A stretch of 64,000 nucleotides of DNA from Lama glama (Eukaryota). The position numbers and the translations under genes were made by a program. The DNA lies in contig CM052817.1 of the NCBI GenBank assembly GCA_028534125.1, positions 106,084,001 through 106,148,000 of the forward strand. Direction: 5' to 3'. Below the pieces are notes generated by a model that worked only from the letters and a program-made list of their open reading frames with translations, was not told where the DNA came from and did not search any database. This document shows, in pieces, positions 1 to 14,949 of the stretch (position 1 is the stretch's first letter; every line of letters starts with the position of its first letter).

Positions 1-620
1 GGTCCCTTTATATCCCCTAGTAAATTGGTAGGTTTTAGTGTAGATATTTTTGCTATTCTATGTGAGATTAATTCTTGGGTATTTTATTCTTTTTGAAGCT
101 CTTTTTTTTTCTTTTTGAAGCTCTTTCAAATGATATTTTTCTACTTTTGATAGTTGTTTTTGGTTATTGAAATACAAATAATTTTTAATAATTTTTTATT
201 CAATGGCTTGCTATGATCACCATTTACTGATCATTTGTGTTTTTAATGCCTACGATGATTTCATCTCAAATAATGACATTTTATATATTTCCTACATCCT
301 TACACCAATTATTTCTACTTCTTCATATATTGCACTGGGTAGGGTCCCCAGTACAATGTTGAATAGAAATGGTGAAAGTAAATAAAATATCGATCTGTTC
401 CTGAATTTAGGGGAGAAGCTTTTAATAGAGCATCATTAGGTATTTTTGTGAGCAGAGTTTTATCTATTTATTTTTTGTTTCTTTGAATACCACTATCCAA
501 TTTAAAGAATTTTGCTTATATTTCTAGTTTTGAGTAGTTTTAAAATCATAAATATGCATATAAATTTTTTTCTGCTTTTTTATTCTACTGATGATATATT
601 CTATTAATATGTTGAATAAT
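1..620 (-). mobile_element. Old L1 ORF2 fragment
   Basis: T-rich strand with antisense L1 motifs (cagtacaatgttgaatagaaatggtga, ttcctgaatttaggggagaagct). Confidence 0.7.
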
Positions 621-734
621 ACTGACTTCTTAGTTCTTAGGTTCTTCATTTAAATAATTTCAAATGTACAAAGTAGTGCAAGAATTAATCTACTGTTAAA
701 TTTTACCCACATTTGTTTTGTCATTCTCTCTTGA

Positions 735-830
735 GATAGATAAATAGATGGTTGGATGGATAGATAACTGATAGGCAAATAGACAGATGATTGATAGATA
801 GATAGAAAGAGTAGATATCAGAGATAAATA
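735..830 (+). repeat. Degenerate (GATA)n microsatellite
   Basis: gatagataaatagatg...gatagatagatagaaag. Confidence 0.8.
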
Positions 831-3800
831 GCTACGATTTTCTGTACTTTTTGAAACTAAGTTGCACATATGCCACATTACTCCAGAATATCACTGGGTT
901 TTATAAACTTTATCACTTTTTCTAAAAATAGCTTTTGCCTCGTTGCTTTTTAAAAGCTAGATTTTTTTATTTCATTGTTAACTCTTAGATAATTTATTTT
1001 AGACATCTCTTCATTTTCAGTGTATGCATTAGAACAAAAAAGTACTGATTATAAACACTGTTAGTTTAAACCCATAACTTTGAATATTACATATATTTTC
1101 TCACAGTTCAATATATTTGTGTTTCCTATTGTTATTTTTTTGTTAGACTTTTGTCTTATTCAAAATAATGAATTTAAATTTCCAAACATTTGGGTCTTTC
1201 AATCATTATTCCATAGGTTTTCAACTTTTGTCTATTTTTCCATTTTCTTATCACTGTAATAATGGACTCATGAGCTACTATGAATATATTTTTCTCTTAT
1301 TTCCATTGTTGCTTGATTTTTTTTGGTATGCCTTGTAATTTAATATAAGATGTTCTATGTTGTCACTGAAAAAATACTGAAGTTCTGAAATGCTACTTAT
1401 TTTCAAATTACTTAACGTATTTTGTGACATGTAGACGGATCACCCTCATTCCATCTGGGCTTGGTTAGAAGCGTTACACATTTTCCCCTTAAAACTGCAG
1501 AATGAACTTTGTTGTACCCCAAAAAAGATGCAAAATATGTTTATCATGTTTTAATTTCTTGCTCTGACTGATTTCTCACTTGTTTTCCCACTGCATGGAT
1601 GATAACATCTCAAACTAGGTTTATAAAACCTCAGTGATAGTTTCCCCATGGTTTTTTAGACTCTCACTCTGTGTGTGGCTTGACTTTGACCGTCTCTTGC
1701 AGTCAAGTGGCTTCTATTCTCTCCTGCTGCTTTAATAATAAAGCTGGTTGGATATGAAACACAATTCATAACCTTTCTAATGAGTTCAAAAAAGATATAT
1801 ATATTTTTTCCAAGTTTTATTGTTGTTTTTGGTTAGACATTTAGTCAGGTACACTCTAGATCAAGAAATCCTGTAAGATTTTTTTTTATTAAAATGTTAA
1901 AGTGGTTCTAATTGCACATGGAATAATAAATGCAAGTAATTCAAATTTTGTGAGAAAGCTTTAGATAATATAAAATATGTGAGCTATAATCAATTTCATA
2001 AAAACGTATTGTTTTAATTGAAAATAATATTGTTTCTCACAGTTATTAGATTAAAAAAATAAACTAGTGTATGTGAATTTCTTGAAAATTATGACAAATA
2101 TAGAAAGGCACTCCTATTGTATATATTGTCAACTTTTCTTCATCATGTTTTCCAATTTTATGTCTCTTATTACTAATTATGAGTAGTAATGTTTTGCTTT
2201 TGTATCTTTTGCTAGCCATTCTGTTTGTTAAATATATGGCAATAGAAATGTATGCCTGGAAGAATAATGGTCCTGAAAATATATTTATATATCTTTAAAA
2301 AAACAAACACTGAGTTGTATGATATAGGACACACTTAATGAGATGTTAAGCCCCACAAATATGGGTAGGATTATTTATGAATGCTGTAAAACCAGAAATT
2401 AAGAACAAACCTATACCTTCCTAAGTATATGTGTCACGATTAGCATTAGCAAGTGGATACATACACAGGTTGGCTAATAGCTTTCTCAGGGAATAGAATC
2501 TGTTTGTTCAGTGACTAGCAAGACCTCGGCTCCTCTGGGCTACTGGTGAAAAGTTATCCTCATTAAAAGAACGGAGAGTACATTTCGCATGAAACTGTTA
2601 ATTACAGCATCCCAATTTTAACTCTAAATTAAGAAACTGTTTTCCACATATTATATGATTAATGACCCCCGGGCAAAGCAAAGGAGGCCAGTTTTTTTAT
2701 GTTATCAGATGAATGATATTTATATTAACCCTATTAAAATTAAAATATAATTTCAAAAGTGATAATATATTAACTTTCAAATTGAAAGCACACATTTTTC
2801 TTTTCAAATGCTCTTATTTGATTTAAAATAGAAGAGAAATTCTCCCAGTTACTTTTTAATATCTTTACTGTTTCACAATTTAGAGTTTGTAGGAAATATT
2901 TTATTTCTCTAAATCTTCCAGTGAATCTGGAGATGAATACTCCTTAGAAGCATGAAAAACCTCCAGCTGTTAGGATTTCCCCTTCTCACAGTTTGATTTA
3001 TTTTAATGAATATATCTACCAAAATTGAACTATATTTTATATATAATACAATATAGTGATACAATATATATAATAAAAAAGCAAAATAATTTTTGCTGGG
3101 GTCTCTAGACTATAAGAGTGACATTAAATGTTTAAAACTTTAAATTAAAACTAATAGCACCCACAAATTTGAGCAAAGAACCAGTAGGGTAAAATAGATT
3201 GTCTGAAAAAAATTAACCAGTCAGCAGCAAGATTCTCACATCAAGACTTAGATACGTTAATGTACACTAACACTGAGTGTTCCTCATTAAGTCAAATTCC
3301 TCAAAACGGGCCAAAGTCCAACACAAAGTAATGTAACTATTGCCTGTTACTCTCAGGTCTAGCAGAAGCAAACATAATTATCTTGACGATAATTTGACTC
3401 GAGAAATACTCAAGAAATACTCAAGATTAAATTTAATAAAATATAGAATGAGCATCAATAAATAAAAATGATAAAAGCACAAAAAATAAACACCAATAAA
3501 GAGCCCATTTTTTGTTGTAATTAATTGGAGACATTAATTAATTGTTAATAATTGTAACTAATTAGTCATTGATATTGTCAATAATCATTAATTAAATGCT
3601 TCTGGGGGTTAATGAATAGCAAATTGATTTATCAGTTAAATGAGCAACTATGGAGCTTCCTGACAACAATATAAAATTAATGGATAATTCACCAGAAATT
3701 GGCTTCTGGGTTTTAATTTTAATTACTACTTTGAAACAACATAATTTAGTACCAAATGTTTAAACACCCCTTATAATTGCTAGGCTGTGAAATCAGCATT

Positions 3801-6800
3801 ATTTATATCTCATCAGCTCTACAGAACTACGCACATATACACACAGAGATGCACACACACCACACATCACACAATCAACAATAGCAGACTTCTCAATCTT
3901 TGTATCAGCAAATCCCTTGGATATTTTAATTTTCACTCTAGCCAATGTATATGTTGATATTAACACTGAAGTCTAACCTACATACGCAGCTGGTAAGGAG
4001 AAGAAAAATCAATTATTTAAGTTGGGGGAGATTTCTGTGAAAGAAAAATCACAATAAATGAGATTTATACCAACATCATATGGTTGTGAGACACAAGCCA
4101 GCTTATGTTTATTTTTCTTATAATTTTTAAAATAGTCATTCAAGGAGACAGTTTTGCTCCCCATTATTTGTTTCATAGAACATCTGGAATAATCTGTGAC
4201 AAGTCTTTGAAACTCTTATACCCATCCTTTGCTTGTTCCCACGGTGTTGTTCCTTTTGGCACCTGCCCCGCCCCCACCGCCTGTGTGGCTGTTATTTCCA
4301 CACTGTTTATTCTGGTTATGGCTTTATTGACTTCTCCCTCTGCATGGAGTCTCCTTTACTGATATCATTTTATTTTCATGATCTCTAACTCAAATTGTTA
4401 ATGATACTTTGGAGGATGATAATGAAGCTCATTGCATGGTGTCAACTGAGTGTAATATTTATATTTGCTATTTAAGCAATAACTGATATTCCTTCAAAAT
4501 AACTATACATGTACAAAAGAGAATTTTTGAATTGCTTAAATTATGCCAACTAAACTACTTATAATTAATATTTGATACTACTGTTCCTATGGGAGATATT
4601 TATATAGATACTTTATAATGTATTATATAGACATTATATTTTATATATAATCATATATTGGACATTATAGGTATAACATGTTGGGAAAATTGGGAACAGT
4701 ATTCATGCTCATTTATATAATTTTCAGGTTTTAGTTAGCAATATGTAATTAACATTATTTGCAATATTATTAAATATGCTGCAAAAATTACTGTAAGATG
4801 TCTGGCATTCATTTTCGAGAAATATCAATGTATTCAATTAACTATTTATTATTGTACATCTATCCTATTAAGGGTTACTTTCCCAATACTTCAATACTTG
4901 ATTAAGCATTCTTGCAAGTAAATCTTAGAGCAAACATGTAACTTCTTTATAATCTACCAACGTGGATCATCTCATCTAAGGAGTATGAACAAGCAGGGAA
5001 TTTTTATTTCTTGAAAAAATTTTCTTTGTCTGTCTCACGTTCAAGGGAGCAGGGTGGGGGCTCAACCAGGATTTCAAGATGTATTCAGACTGTAAAGCAC
5101 CTTAAATTCACAGCTGACCATTTTTGCACTTGAATCTTGCACTTAGAGGCCAGACCTGGTGTAGCAAATTAAGTATAAGCAGACGGCGAACTGCTAAATG
5201 AGCAGGCACAAGCCACCACACCTGGTCAGCAGGTAGCTGCCTCAGAATCCAAGCCCCCACGTTAGGGAAGAGAGATCCACAGGTTGTTTTGCTAGAAGAC
5301 ACAGTTTCAATAACCCCTCACAAAGTCAAGTCAGAAGATTAGTTACTTAGAGAGCCTAGAAAGAGGGGAGGGGGGGTTGGGACAAGGGAATGAGCCAGAG
5401 GAAGGACAGATCTCAGTCCGAGGTCACAACTGAGCAGGAGATGGAGAGGAGGGTAGCAAGCACCTATTACTCATCGGCTGCTTGGGGCGGAGGGCGCTCT
5501 TTTTCACGGGCTCAGCTCTAAGTGAGTATATTAAAAGGTGCCCTAGGAAAAGCAAAGCAGGAACTTCCAGTAGGAATCCTAAGCTCAGGTCCTTACCTAA
5601 ATGTCCAGATTCTGGATGTGAGCCAAGTTATCATACGGTAAAATGCCTAGACAGCAACTCAGAATAGTAAGTTTTTTTCTCATCATAATTCTGAAATGAG
5701 ATCCAAGAAAAATATTTAAGAAAAGGAGAACATTAGCCACCTCTTGGCTCTTGAATTATACTGTGGAAATGTGGTAATTTAGGATAAATGGGAGAAATGT
5801 GAGGCTAGGAAACCAGAGGGAGGCTATTTTCACAGCGCAGGTGAGAGATGATGAGGGTCTGACATATGGGACATTGTCTTTGAAAGGAGTATGAGGGCAA
5901 GATACAATCATAACTTAGAGACAGAACAGCAGAAATTAAATATGAGATGTATACTTGTAAAGAATTTGGTAGCATATTTGTTTTATATTTTATACAAAAT
6001 ATTAAAAGATTGATACACTTGTCCCATTAAGAAATAATCACAAATTTAAAAAGTTAATTAATAAGTGTAATTTTGTGCCCATTCATTCTTAAGTACTATT
6101 TTACAAGTACATGTCCTTGTGAGCAGAATCATGAGTGATGGATTTTGTCTTCGTGCAATATGATTCTAAAGTTCTGTTTTATCTCTTATAAATGCAGAAA
6201 TAAGATTATTTTCACAATTGTATGTCTCTATTTTGATTTCTTTTTTCCTTCACATACATTTCTTGGAAACAGATGTCGAAAGTTATGAGGAAAAGGAAAT
6301 GTAATCACCTTTTTTCTTCTCTTTCATTTTCTTTTGAGAACAATTTGTGGAACACCAACTGAAAGGAAAAAGCTTTCCTTTCTACTATAAATGTCTATTT
6401 CTCTGGCTAGAATTTTTATTAAGAAAAAATTTCCAGCTCTATGTTCACATAGAAATTTCTAGACCATATTATAATAAAAAAATTAAATATGGACTATCAT
6501 GTCTGTCTTTGAATAGTCAGAATGAAATCGTGATAAAGATATTAGAGTTCAGCTCAGAGGGAGATCAAAGTAATACTTTTGAGATATTCTTTGTGGCCTG
6601 TTCCATAATTATTTTCTCTTATGTGCTATGTAGACATTTAAAAATAAAGCATATCTATTCAGAATGCAAAGTTTGTTATTACATTAATTCAATAACTATA
6701 TCATTTATTTAGTAAATCTGTAATTTACTACAGTCTTATTTAAATATTTTACTGTAACTTTTACATACCTATAAAAATAATCACTTATATTAATTGTTTA

Positions 6801-8249
6801 TAATATTAGATAGAATCCCCAATTATTACATTACCTCAGGGTGACTATACCATTTTACAGTCCAAGTTTACAGAATACCTAAATATCAGATCTGCTGTTA
6901 AGATGATGTTATTCCTGGTCCCAACCTTGACATTTCTGGCATTTGACCACTGCCTGATCCAACCCCATCAGGTATAGACGCCACTCCACTGCTGAAGGTG
7001 ACTTCTTTCTGAAATGGGCCACTTGTCTCTTCTCAGTTCATTCTTTCTCTGTAAGTCAGCCTCCTTCCACTTTTCATCTTTTAGGAACCCTCACATCAGC
7101 ACAAAGTAAAAAACAACAGAAGACAGAACACTGCCTCCTGAATCTGTGCATTATCAGTTTTTAACTTGGATCATAAGGAAAATTTAGAAGAAGTGTTTTC
7201 CATTTTACATGTTCTCTGACACTAGTTAAATGAAAATGGAAATGAATATTGTTCTTTAATCCAGCTCCCTAAGGCAGAGAGAATTTCTTGCATTCTGGTG
7301 CATTTTAGCCATTTTCCTCCATTTCAAGGTTCTTTTCCCTTTTCTTTTTTTTAATTTATCTTTTTATATTTTCCTTTCATTTTAGGGGGATCAGTTTTGT
7401 TTACTGTAGCTTTTCTAAATATTTTAATTAGTATTTAGTTTAAGACATTGCAATATAAACCTGCGGCCTTCTTATGCAATAATCTAAATTTTTAAAATTT
7501 ATAGGGGATTTTTATAATCACTGCCTCTAGTACTTTAAAAATTACTTACAAATGTACTAGTTACAAATAAAATTAAAGTCCATTTGCCAGAAATATTTAT
7601 AAAATCAGTGAAGAAAATGTGGCTATTCTGCTAGTTTTCTACATAAAACCCTTTTATAAACTTCTGCTGTCAAGGAATAATTGTAAAGTAATGAGTTTTG
7701 TGTCAGCCTGAGTATCTGAAGCCTCATCTATAATTTTCTTTCAGGGAAAGAACTGCAAATAATTAAATTTAAGTGGTCTGTGATATGTTTAATTATCTCA
7801 AAAACATTAAAACTAAGACAAATAGCCAAGATGACAATATGCATAAAATTAAAATGCTTCAAAGTCTGATTTCTTTCTTATTAAAACGTCCATGGAGATG
7901 AACTATATTATAGGGTTTAATATTCACTGTGATTTTTTTTAAATGTTATTTTAAATGTCGTCACCAAGATCTTCTTTCAGAAGAAAGTGATTTTGCTTGG
8001 GAACAGGGCTTGACAAGCTCATTGAAGTTGAAAAGTCTTTCCAGGCTTAGGAATCAGCAGGTTCAAGATATTTGAGGGGGAAAAAAAGAGCTAATGCAGA
8101 CAAAAATCCCTTCTCTCTACCATGCTGGAATGGTAAGAAAAGTTAAACCTAATTTTTCACTTCAAGTTTCATATTAGTCTGGATCCTCTAAGAAGTGGAT
8201 ACTGTGTCAGTGTAGGTCCTAATGGGAGAGAGGAGTCAGAGAATTTTGT

Positions 8250-9072
8250 CAGTAATCTTTTGATGTTCTGACTACCTGGTTTTTGTTGCAAAAATATTCT
8301 GGCTCCTCCCTCACCTCTCTAGAGCAGTCCCTTAAAGCGATCTGAGAGGCCACTGCCTGGACTTGAGTCCTCAGGAAGTCTGCCCAGTAAAACCTAATTC
8401 TCCGCTCTTAGGTTGTGCATTTTTTCTTTTTTTTTTCCAGTCAGCACTAATTATTAGAAAGACAATTCTTCCTTTCTTACTAATCACACATCCACATAGA
8501 GATAAGAAAGTTACAGGAGAGGAAAGATTTGTCTTAGGGCAGGAGAAAACATTTATCTTTTTGGAAACTTACAGGAACATCCTGAAGAGGCCAATGTCTC
8601 AAGTTAATGAAATTAGCACTTTTCTATGCACGGGAAGATGCAACAGTCTGCGCTCATTGAAATCATCCCTTTGATGTGCACCTTAGCTATCTAGGGCCAG
8701 TACCCTGTTCTTTCCCATGCTGAGTCCCCTCTGGGCACAGCATTGAGGGCAGCTGTAGGGGCTGAGAGCTTGATGGCTACAACATCCTTTGTTTACTGAC
8801 ATGGCAGGTGGCATTCTTCATCCACATTAGTGTATCCATGAGCTAAGCAAAAGCACTTGCCTTTAAAGACTAAGCAGGCGAGCAGAGTTTCTGGAAGGAA
8901 AGGAATCATTATGTACACTTCAAGCTATAGGTCACAACCTTTTATGACCAACGTGCCTACATGCGTGCACAGTTAGTAAGACTGGGAGGAAGGCAGTTAG
9001 CTATAGAGTGCAAGGGCCAGAGCCTAAAATATAGATTTACTATGGAGTCAGGTTAGTTCTTTCCTGTTACAG
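8250..9072. mobile_element. Cluster of ERV1-type LTR pieces (MER41-like family plus an adjacent LTR)
   Basis: 8250-8447 is the reverse complement of about 11934-12130; 8590-8827 is a direct match to about 12140-12357; 8830-9072 is LTR-like and ends gttaca. Confidence 0.75.
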
Positions 9073-9104
9073 ATGGAAGATAGATTAGAGCTAAAACAGT
9101 TATA

Positions 9105-9310
9105 AGCATATGGAGAATCAATAAACAAGATTATACTGTATAGCACAGGGAAATATATACAAGATCTTGTGGTAGCTCACAGCAAAAAAAAAAATGTGAC
9201 AATGATTATATGTATGTTCATGTATAACTGAAAAATTGTGCTCTACACTGGAATTTGACACAACATTGTAAAATGACTATAACTCAATAAAAAAAAGTTT
9301 AAAAAAAAAA
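9105..9310 (+). mobile_element. Young L1 3' end with poly(A)
   Basis: atactgtatagcacaggg...gactataactcaataaaaaaaa; near-identical to the copy at about 58900-59100. Confidence 0.88.
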
Positions 9311-9317
9311 GTAGAAA

Positions 9318-9912
9318 TATTACCAGAGAGTAGGTTCTTGTTTCATTGCAGAAAGAATTCAGAGACAAGACACAGAAGTCAAGAAAGTAAAGTGAGAATT
9401 TATTCAGTAATAGTACACTCTCAAGGAGAGAGCGGGCAGACTCAGGTGAGTAGCTGCACTGAGTTTCTTTGGCAAGCTGGTTATATGGGGTATAAAAATA
9501 AATGGGTGGAATATTCACTGGGAAGGGAGGAGATTGGGGTCATATTCCCTGATTTTCATTCCAGCTCCACCTTCTTGAGGGGAGGAGGGATTTTTGTCCC
9601 TATTTTGTCTGGAAGTGTCACAGTGTCAGTGCCTGATGGGTACTTCTAATCTGCAAGGTTCATTTTATTATAATGAGGACATAATGAGCAAAGGGTTACA
9701 TCACAGGCCAGAAATTCTTGCCTTTTCCCACCTTTCTTTGCCTGCCTCCAGGACATTTGTCACCCCAAAATGTGTGGTTTCTCATCAGTCTGGAGGTTCC
9801 TGCTTTTCTCTGTCTAACCAAGGACCTCTGTTGTACACAAGATGTAAAGTTTCCTGCCATTTCGCCTGTGCCCCCATCTCTGCTCATATCTAGCTGTCTG
9901 TCAGCTCTAACA
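9318..9912 (-). mobile_element. Solo LTR (ERV1 type) with 4-bp TSD
   Basis: TAttacc...ctaaCA termini flanked by gaaa/gaaa; AATAAA on the minus strand (gaatttattc). Confidence 0.8.
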
Positions 9913-11933
9913 GAAATAGTATGAAACAGAGAGGAAAGAAACAAGAAAGAGAATGAGAGACAGGAAGAGAGAAAGGGTTGAAATCAGTAATCTGGAATCA
10001 TGTGAAGCACAGAGATATAATTTACTAATATGACCCAAGAGATAAAGGAGTCAATAAAACACTTGTAGAGTTATGCCCCAACTTGAGAAATGTGATGAAG
10101 TCTTGGGGAACACATGAGGCTTCCACTCACAGAATCAGGCATGTATAATCAGACTCCACGGAGACATTCTTTATCAGAAATAAAACCATCTTTGAAACTC
10201 TAGAGGCTTGTTATATAAAAGATGCATTTCAGCCTCACTATTGTTTAATCTTTTTTCAACAGCATGGTATCTTTTCTATGATATACCTACTACTGCCGGA
10301 GAATAGATCTTTCTACTGTAGACTATCACCACATATGTGTCTTGGATAAAGTTGGTTGTTTCCTACTGACATTTTGAAGACATACAATTAATCTTGAGAT
10401 GCTGGCATCTGGAAAGGCAACATAATGTTCAAATATCTTTCTAGTTATTTTAATATAATACAGATTTTAAAAGATTGAAATAGAATAAGGAAGCATGATT
10501 ATATTGAAATAGGAATAAATACAATAAATCCATTTACTTCTATGACTCTGATACCATCAAAGTTTTACTGTAAACTGAACATTGTTTGAGTATAGTGTTT
10601 GCAGGTGAAGGGAAAGCTTTTAAACAAGGGCACAAATAACATCTCCCCTTCAACTCCTGAATATTACTTTGTCTTTTTCCTACTCTGAAATCCCTTTGAA
10701 ATGTGTGAATATATCTTCCAGCCAGTAGTCATATTGCATATCATATTGCATGTAAATTAAATTCAAAATAAGATTGCCTAAAGGAATACTTGCATTTCCT
10801 TTGACCATGTAACCTGATAACTTTTTCCCCCCTAAGGCATTCTTTTCAAATGACAAGTGATTGTAAAACTAATGGCTAACAGGAAAATAAATAACATTTG
10901 AAGAAGTTACTGAATATTTGAAAATGAAGAAATAAAAATATAACTGCTCAAAAATGCCCAGCAGTAAACACGAGGTAGGTACCAAATACAATAAACCTGC
11001 TGAAGTCTGAATGTTGTTAAAATTTTGACCTACGTCAGGTTTCTCAAACGAAATTTTAATATCCTAATGCTCAATTTCCATGTCCCTTTTACTGTTCACT
11101 ATTTTAAGAAACATATGCATGTGTACAGACATCCAAAGCTGTGATAAGATATTGAGACAGACAGCTTTTTCACATTTTTATATTCCATTATTTGTGCCAC
11201 AATGAATATGAGATATCATAGTAAAATTAATAGTCAAATGATTTAATCTCAGGTAAAATATATATATATATATAGATAGATACAGATAATTTTTCCTTCT
11301 TCCAACCCGAATTCCTATAAAATAAGCAAGAAGAGAAGAGGCAAGACTACATCTTTAGTACTTCTTTAGTAATTGTCCTTTGTAGAAGAAATTATATTTC
11401 TGACTAAAACACCCAAGTCTGATTAGGTTTAAAACAACTTCACAGAAACAACATTCTCAGAATTTAAAATATGTCCCCAAACACCTATTTTAAACTATTA
11501 TGACCTTTGTACCTGTTGCCTTGTAAACTCTCCAATTATGTGAGCATATTCATTTATCTTTTCTGCACAGTTCAGAGGCTTTTCAAATAAAATCAAGCTT
11601 GTTCCCAGCCGTGCACCACACTCTGCCAATTGGATTGGACTCATCTATTAGGTTATTTTTCGTATATACTGGTAACCACCGTTCTCAGTCAAATTCTGCT
11701 TTACTTAGAGATATTTTATTAGCCAGCACAGTAGTAAACAGTCATACATTCCAGTCCTCTGTACATCTCAGTTGTCCAAAACATCCTGCATGAGAAATTC
11801 ATTTGGGAAAAACATACTGGAATTTCAGAGGCAAGTTTAGTCAAATGTCATTTAGATTCAGCCCAAGGAGAATCTACTTAAGCATCAGTGGGCATATTAA
11901 AGGATCAAGAGCACCATCCTGAAGGATTCAAGT

Positions 11934-12357
11934 TGTCGACTGAAAAAACTGCACAACCTGAAAGTTGAGGATTATGTTTTATTTGGTGGACTCACTGAGG
12001 ACTTAAGCCCGGGAGGCTGCCTCTCAGGTAAGTCTGCAGGACTGCTCCAAAGAGGTAAAGGAGGAGCCAGGATATATAGAAGTTTCTGCAAGAAAAACCA
12101 GGTAGTCAGAACATCAAAAGATGACTGTTAACTAAAACCAGACATCTCAAGTTAATGAATTTAGCCCTTTTCTATCCATAGGAAGATGCGAAATCATTCC
12201 TTTGACCTGCACCTTAACTATCTCGGGCCAGTATCCTGTTTTCTCCATCCTGAGTCCCCTCAGGGGACACAGCCAGGGGTGGCTGCAGTGACCAGTGGCT
12301 TGATGGCCACAACATCCTTTGTTTATGGAGATGGCTGATGACATTTTTCTGTCTCCA
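11934..12357 (-). mobile_element. Solo LTR (MER41-like ERV1) with 4-bp TSD
   Basis: TG...CA termini flanked by AAGT on both sides; homologous to the pieces at 8250-8827. Confidence 0.87.
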
Positions 12358-14449
12358 AAGTTATACAAGTTCCCAGATTCTAACAACTTGCTTCTTTCGT
12401 GGTTCCAAATTATTTTTAAATAGTTGACCCAATTCACATTTCTTGACCTATTCCATTAGTGGAAGTTGTCCACCATCTGATTTGCTAATTAGCAAGCCAT
12501 TATCTCTAACAATAAAAGCCAATTTCTTACTGTGCTTAAAACAAACCAAAAAACAGTTTGTAGGAAAACAAAAAAAGTCAGGTAGATCTGGAACATCAAG
12601 ATCAGTCATTTAACTGACAGAAAAATATAGAAACCCAATTTTTGTCATAAAATGAACAAGTTTTTGTGAAAGAGCAGGAATGGAAATACTCACGTACTTA
12701 CAGCTGTGCTCACTCTGTCTTGTTTCTAACCCATCTTCCCAGCTGGAGGACAGAGCCTGTCCTTACATAGCCTACTCCAGACCTAAAGAGGCAAAAGAGC
12801 CCCAGAAATGTCACTGCTCTCTCTCCCTTGTTTCATTTTGGAAGTGGACCATTCTTGGGTTTTCTGATTGATTGGTTTGACCACTCTTCTGTTTTTACAG
12901 TCTCTATTTCTGTTCTTCACCCCACCAACTCTAATTCTATAAGTCACAATTCCCAGAGGCTCTGTGATTGAACCCAGACTGAAACAAACCCCTACTGTTG
13001 TGATGGAGGTGGAGAAGAATTATAAATGGATGCTAAATCGTTAGGTAACAGGAGCATCTCCCCCCTCCTCCTCCCAGTGGTACCTAGTGGTCAAATCACA
13101 TATTTCTTTCTGGCCATTGCTGTGAGCATCTGGCTTACCTTGTGAATTTGATGCTACTTAGCTTAGTATCATTAATATTAGAAGTCTGCTTTGTGGAATT
13201 GATGCAATTTAAATTTAATATCATTAATATTAGAAAACAACATGCAATAGCATATGATATGAAGCAATTATATTTATGTATATATAAAATATATATCACA
13301 ATTTAGAAGAGCAATAAATATATTTTGAATGAATAAATAAATATTTGTCAAATCTATGCTTACTCCTCGTTAAGAATCACTCACTTTCCTTAACTAATGT
13401 GTGTGTGTGTGTTTGTGTGCATGTGTGTGCAGGTGCATGGATTTTTTTGCTTCTTTGTTATTAGCTCTAAACTTTAAGAATCAGATTGTGCTAAATACTC
13501 ATAAGAAAGGCAGTAAAGCTTTAAAATAATTGTAAAATATAAAATATAAATATAAGATATAAAAATTATATATTTTATAAAATAAATATATGATATATAA
13601 AATTTTACAAAATAAATATATATAAAGTATATATATTATAAAACATAAAATAAATATAAAATATAAAATAAAAGCTTATAATAATTTTTAATTTTTCACT
13701 TTTTATTATTAGACTTTGCTGCATTATGTGCAAATTTACACAGAGACGGAGTCATGGGAATCTCCATACTTTTTTTAGTGATATAGGAGCCACAACTCAA
13801 TAAGAAAATAGCCTGCAATTGATAGAGTTTGTACAATAGGACTTAATTTTAAACCTAGAAAATACCAAAACTAATATAATTGACACAATCACTTATTGTC
13901 TACTTAGGCATAAATAAGAGAGTTATTAACGGAAATTATTTTTTTAAATTTCATATGTTTGTAAAGTTATCACCAAGGTACTGTCATTATGAAATGTGAA
14001 AGTCATGCCAGCATATTTCCATTTTGAATATGATGGTGGCCTCTGAAGGAACTTGTGTCCAGGCAGTATTCTTGCACATCTATTTCCTCCTTTGAGAAAT
14101 GCACATCCTCCTACAGGATAGCCTTTAAGATGTTTATTTAAGCCCTGCTTAGAAATCAGAATTTCCTGCAAGCAAAAATCAGGAAGGTTATAACTATCTT
14201 TTCATATAATTTCTCTTGAGTAAGTTTAATATCCAGGACAAGTTCTGGCATGGTAATATTTTTCCTGCAAATGCCTGCAAAAAAAGTATTAACTATTTTT
14301 ATTGAACTGCAGCAGGAGAGTAAACTACTTGTAGAAATTACATTAACTAAAATATATATTTATCAGAACATTTCTGGGACAGTACTATTAGATTTTTTCT
14401 CACCTCAGAAACATTTTAAGATATTTAATTTATAGTGAGGTCATGTATT

Positions 14450-14949
14450 NNNNNNNNNNNNNNNNNNNNNNNNNNNNNNNNNNNNNNNNNNNNNNNNNNN
14501 NNNNNNNNNNNNNNNNNNNNNNNNNNNNNNNNNNNNNNNNNNNNNNNNNNNNNNNNNNNNNNNNNNNNNNNNNNNNNNNNNNNNNNNNNNNNNNNNNNNN
14601 NNNNNNNNNNNNNNNNNNNNNNNNNNNNNNNNNNNNNNNNNNNNNNNNNNNNNNNNNNNNNNNNNNNNNNNNNNNNNNNNNNNNNNNNNNNNNNNNNNNN
14701 NNNNNNNNNNNNNNNNNNNNNNNNNNNNNNNNNNNNNNNNNNNNNNNNNNNNNNNNNNNNNNNNNNNNNNNNNNNNNNNNNNNNNNNNNNNNNNNNNNNN
14801 NNNNNNNNNNNNNNNNNNNNNNNNNNNNNNNNNNNNNNNNNNNNNNNNNNNNNNNNNNNNNNNNNNNNNNNNNNNNNNNNNNNNNNNNNNNNNNNNNNNN
14901 NNNNNNNNNNNNNNNNNNNNNNNNNNNNNNNNNNNNNNNNNNNNNNNNN
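14450..14949. other. Assembly gap (500 N)
   Basis: Run of N. Confidence 1.

Noticed and set aside
3632..3650. Exact 19-nt match tcagttaaatgagcaacta also at 37286-37304
   Set aside because: The match extends only weakly into the flanks; chance in AT-rich DNA or a tiny repeat remnant cannot be excluded.
11934..12357. Interferon-responsive GAS motifs as in primate MER41
   Set aside because: I found no TTCNNNGAA site in this copy by eye.
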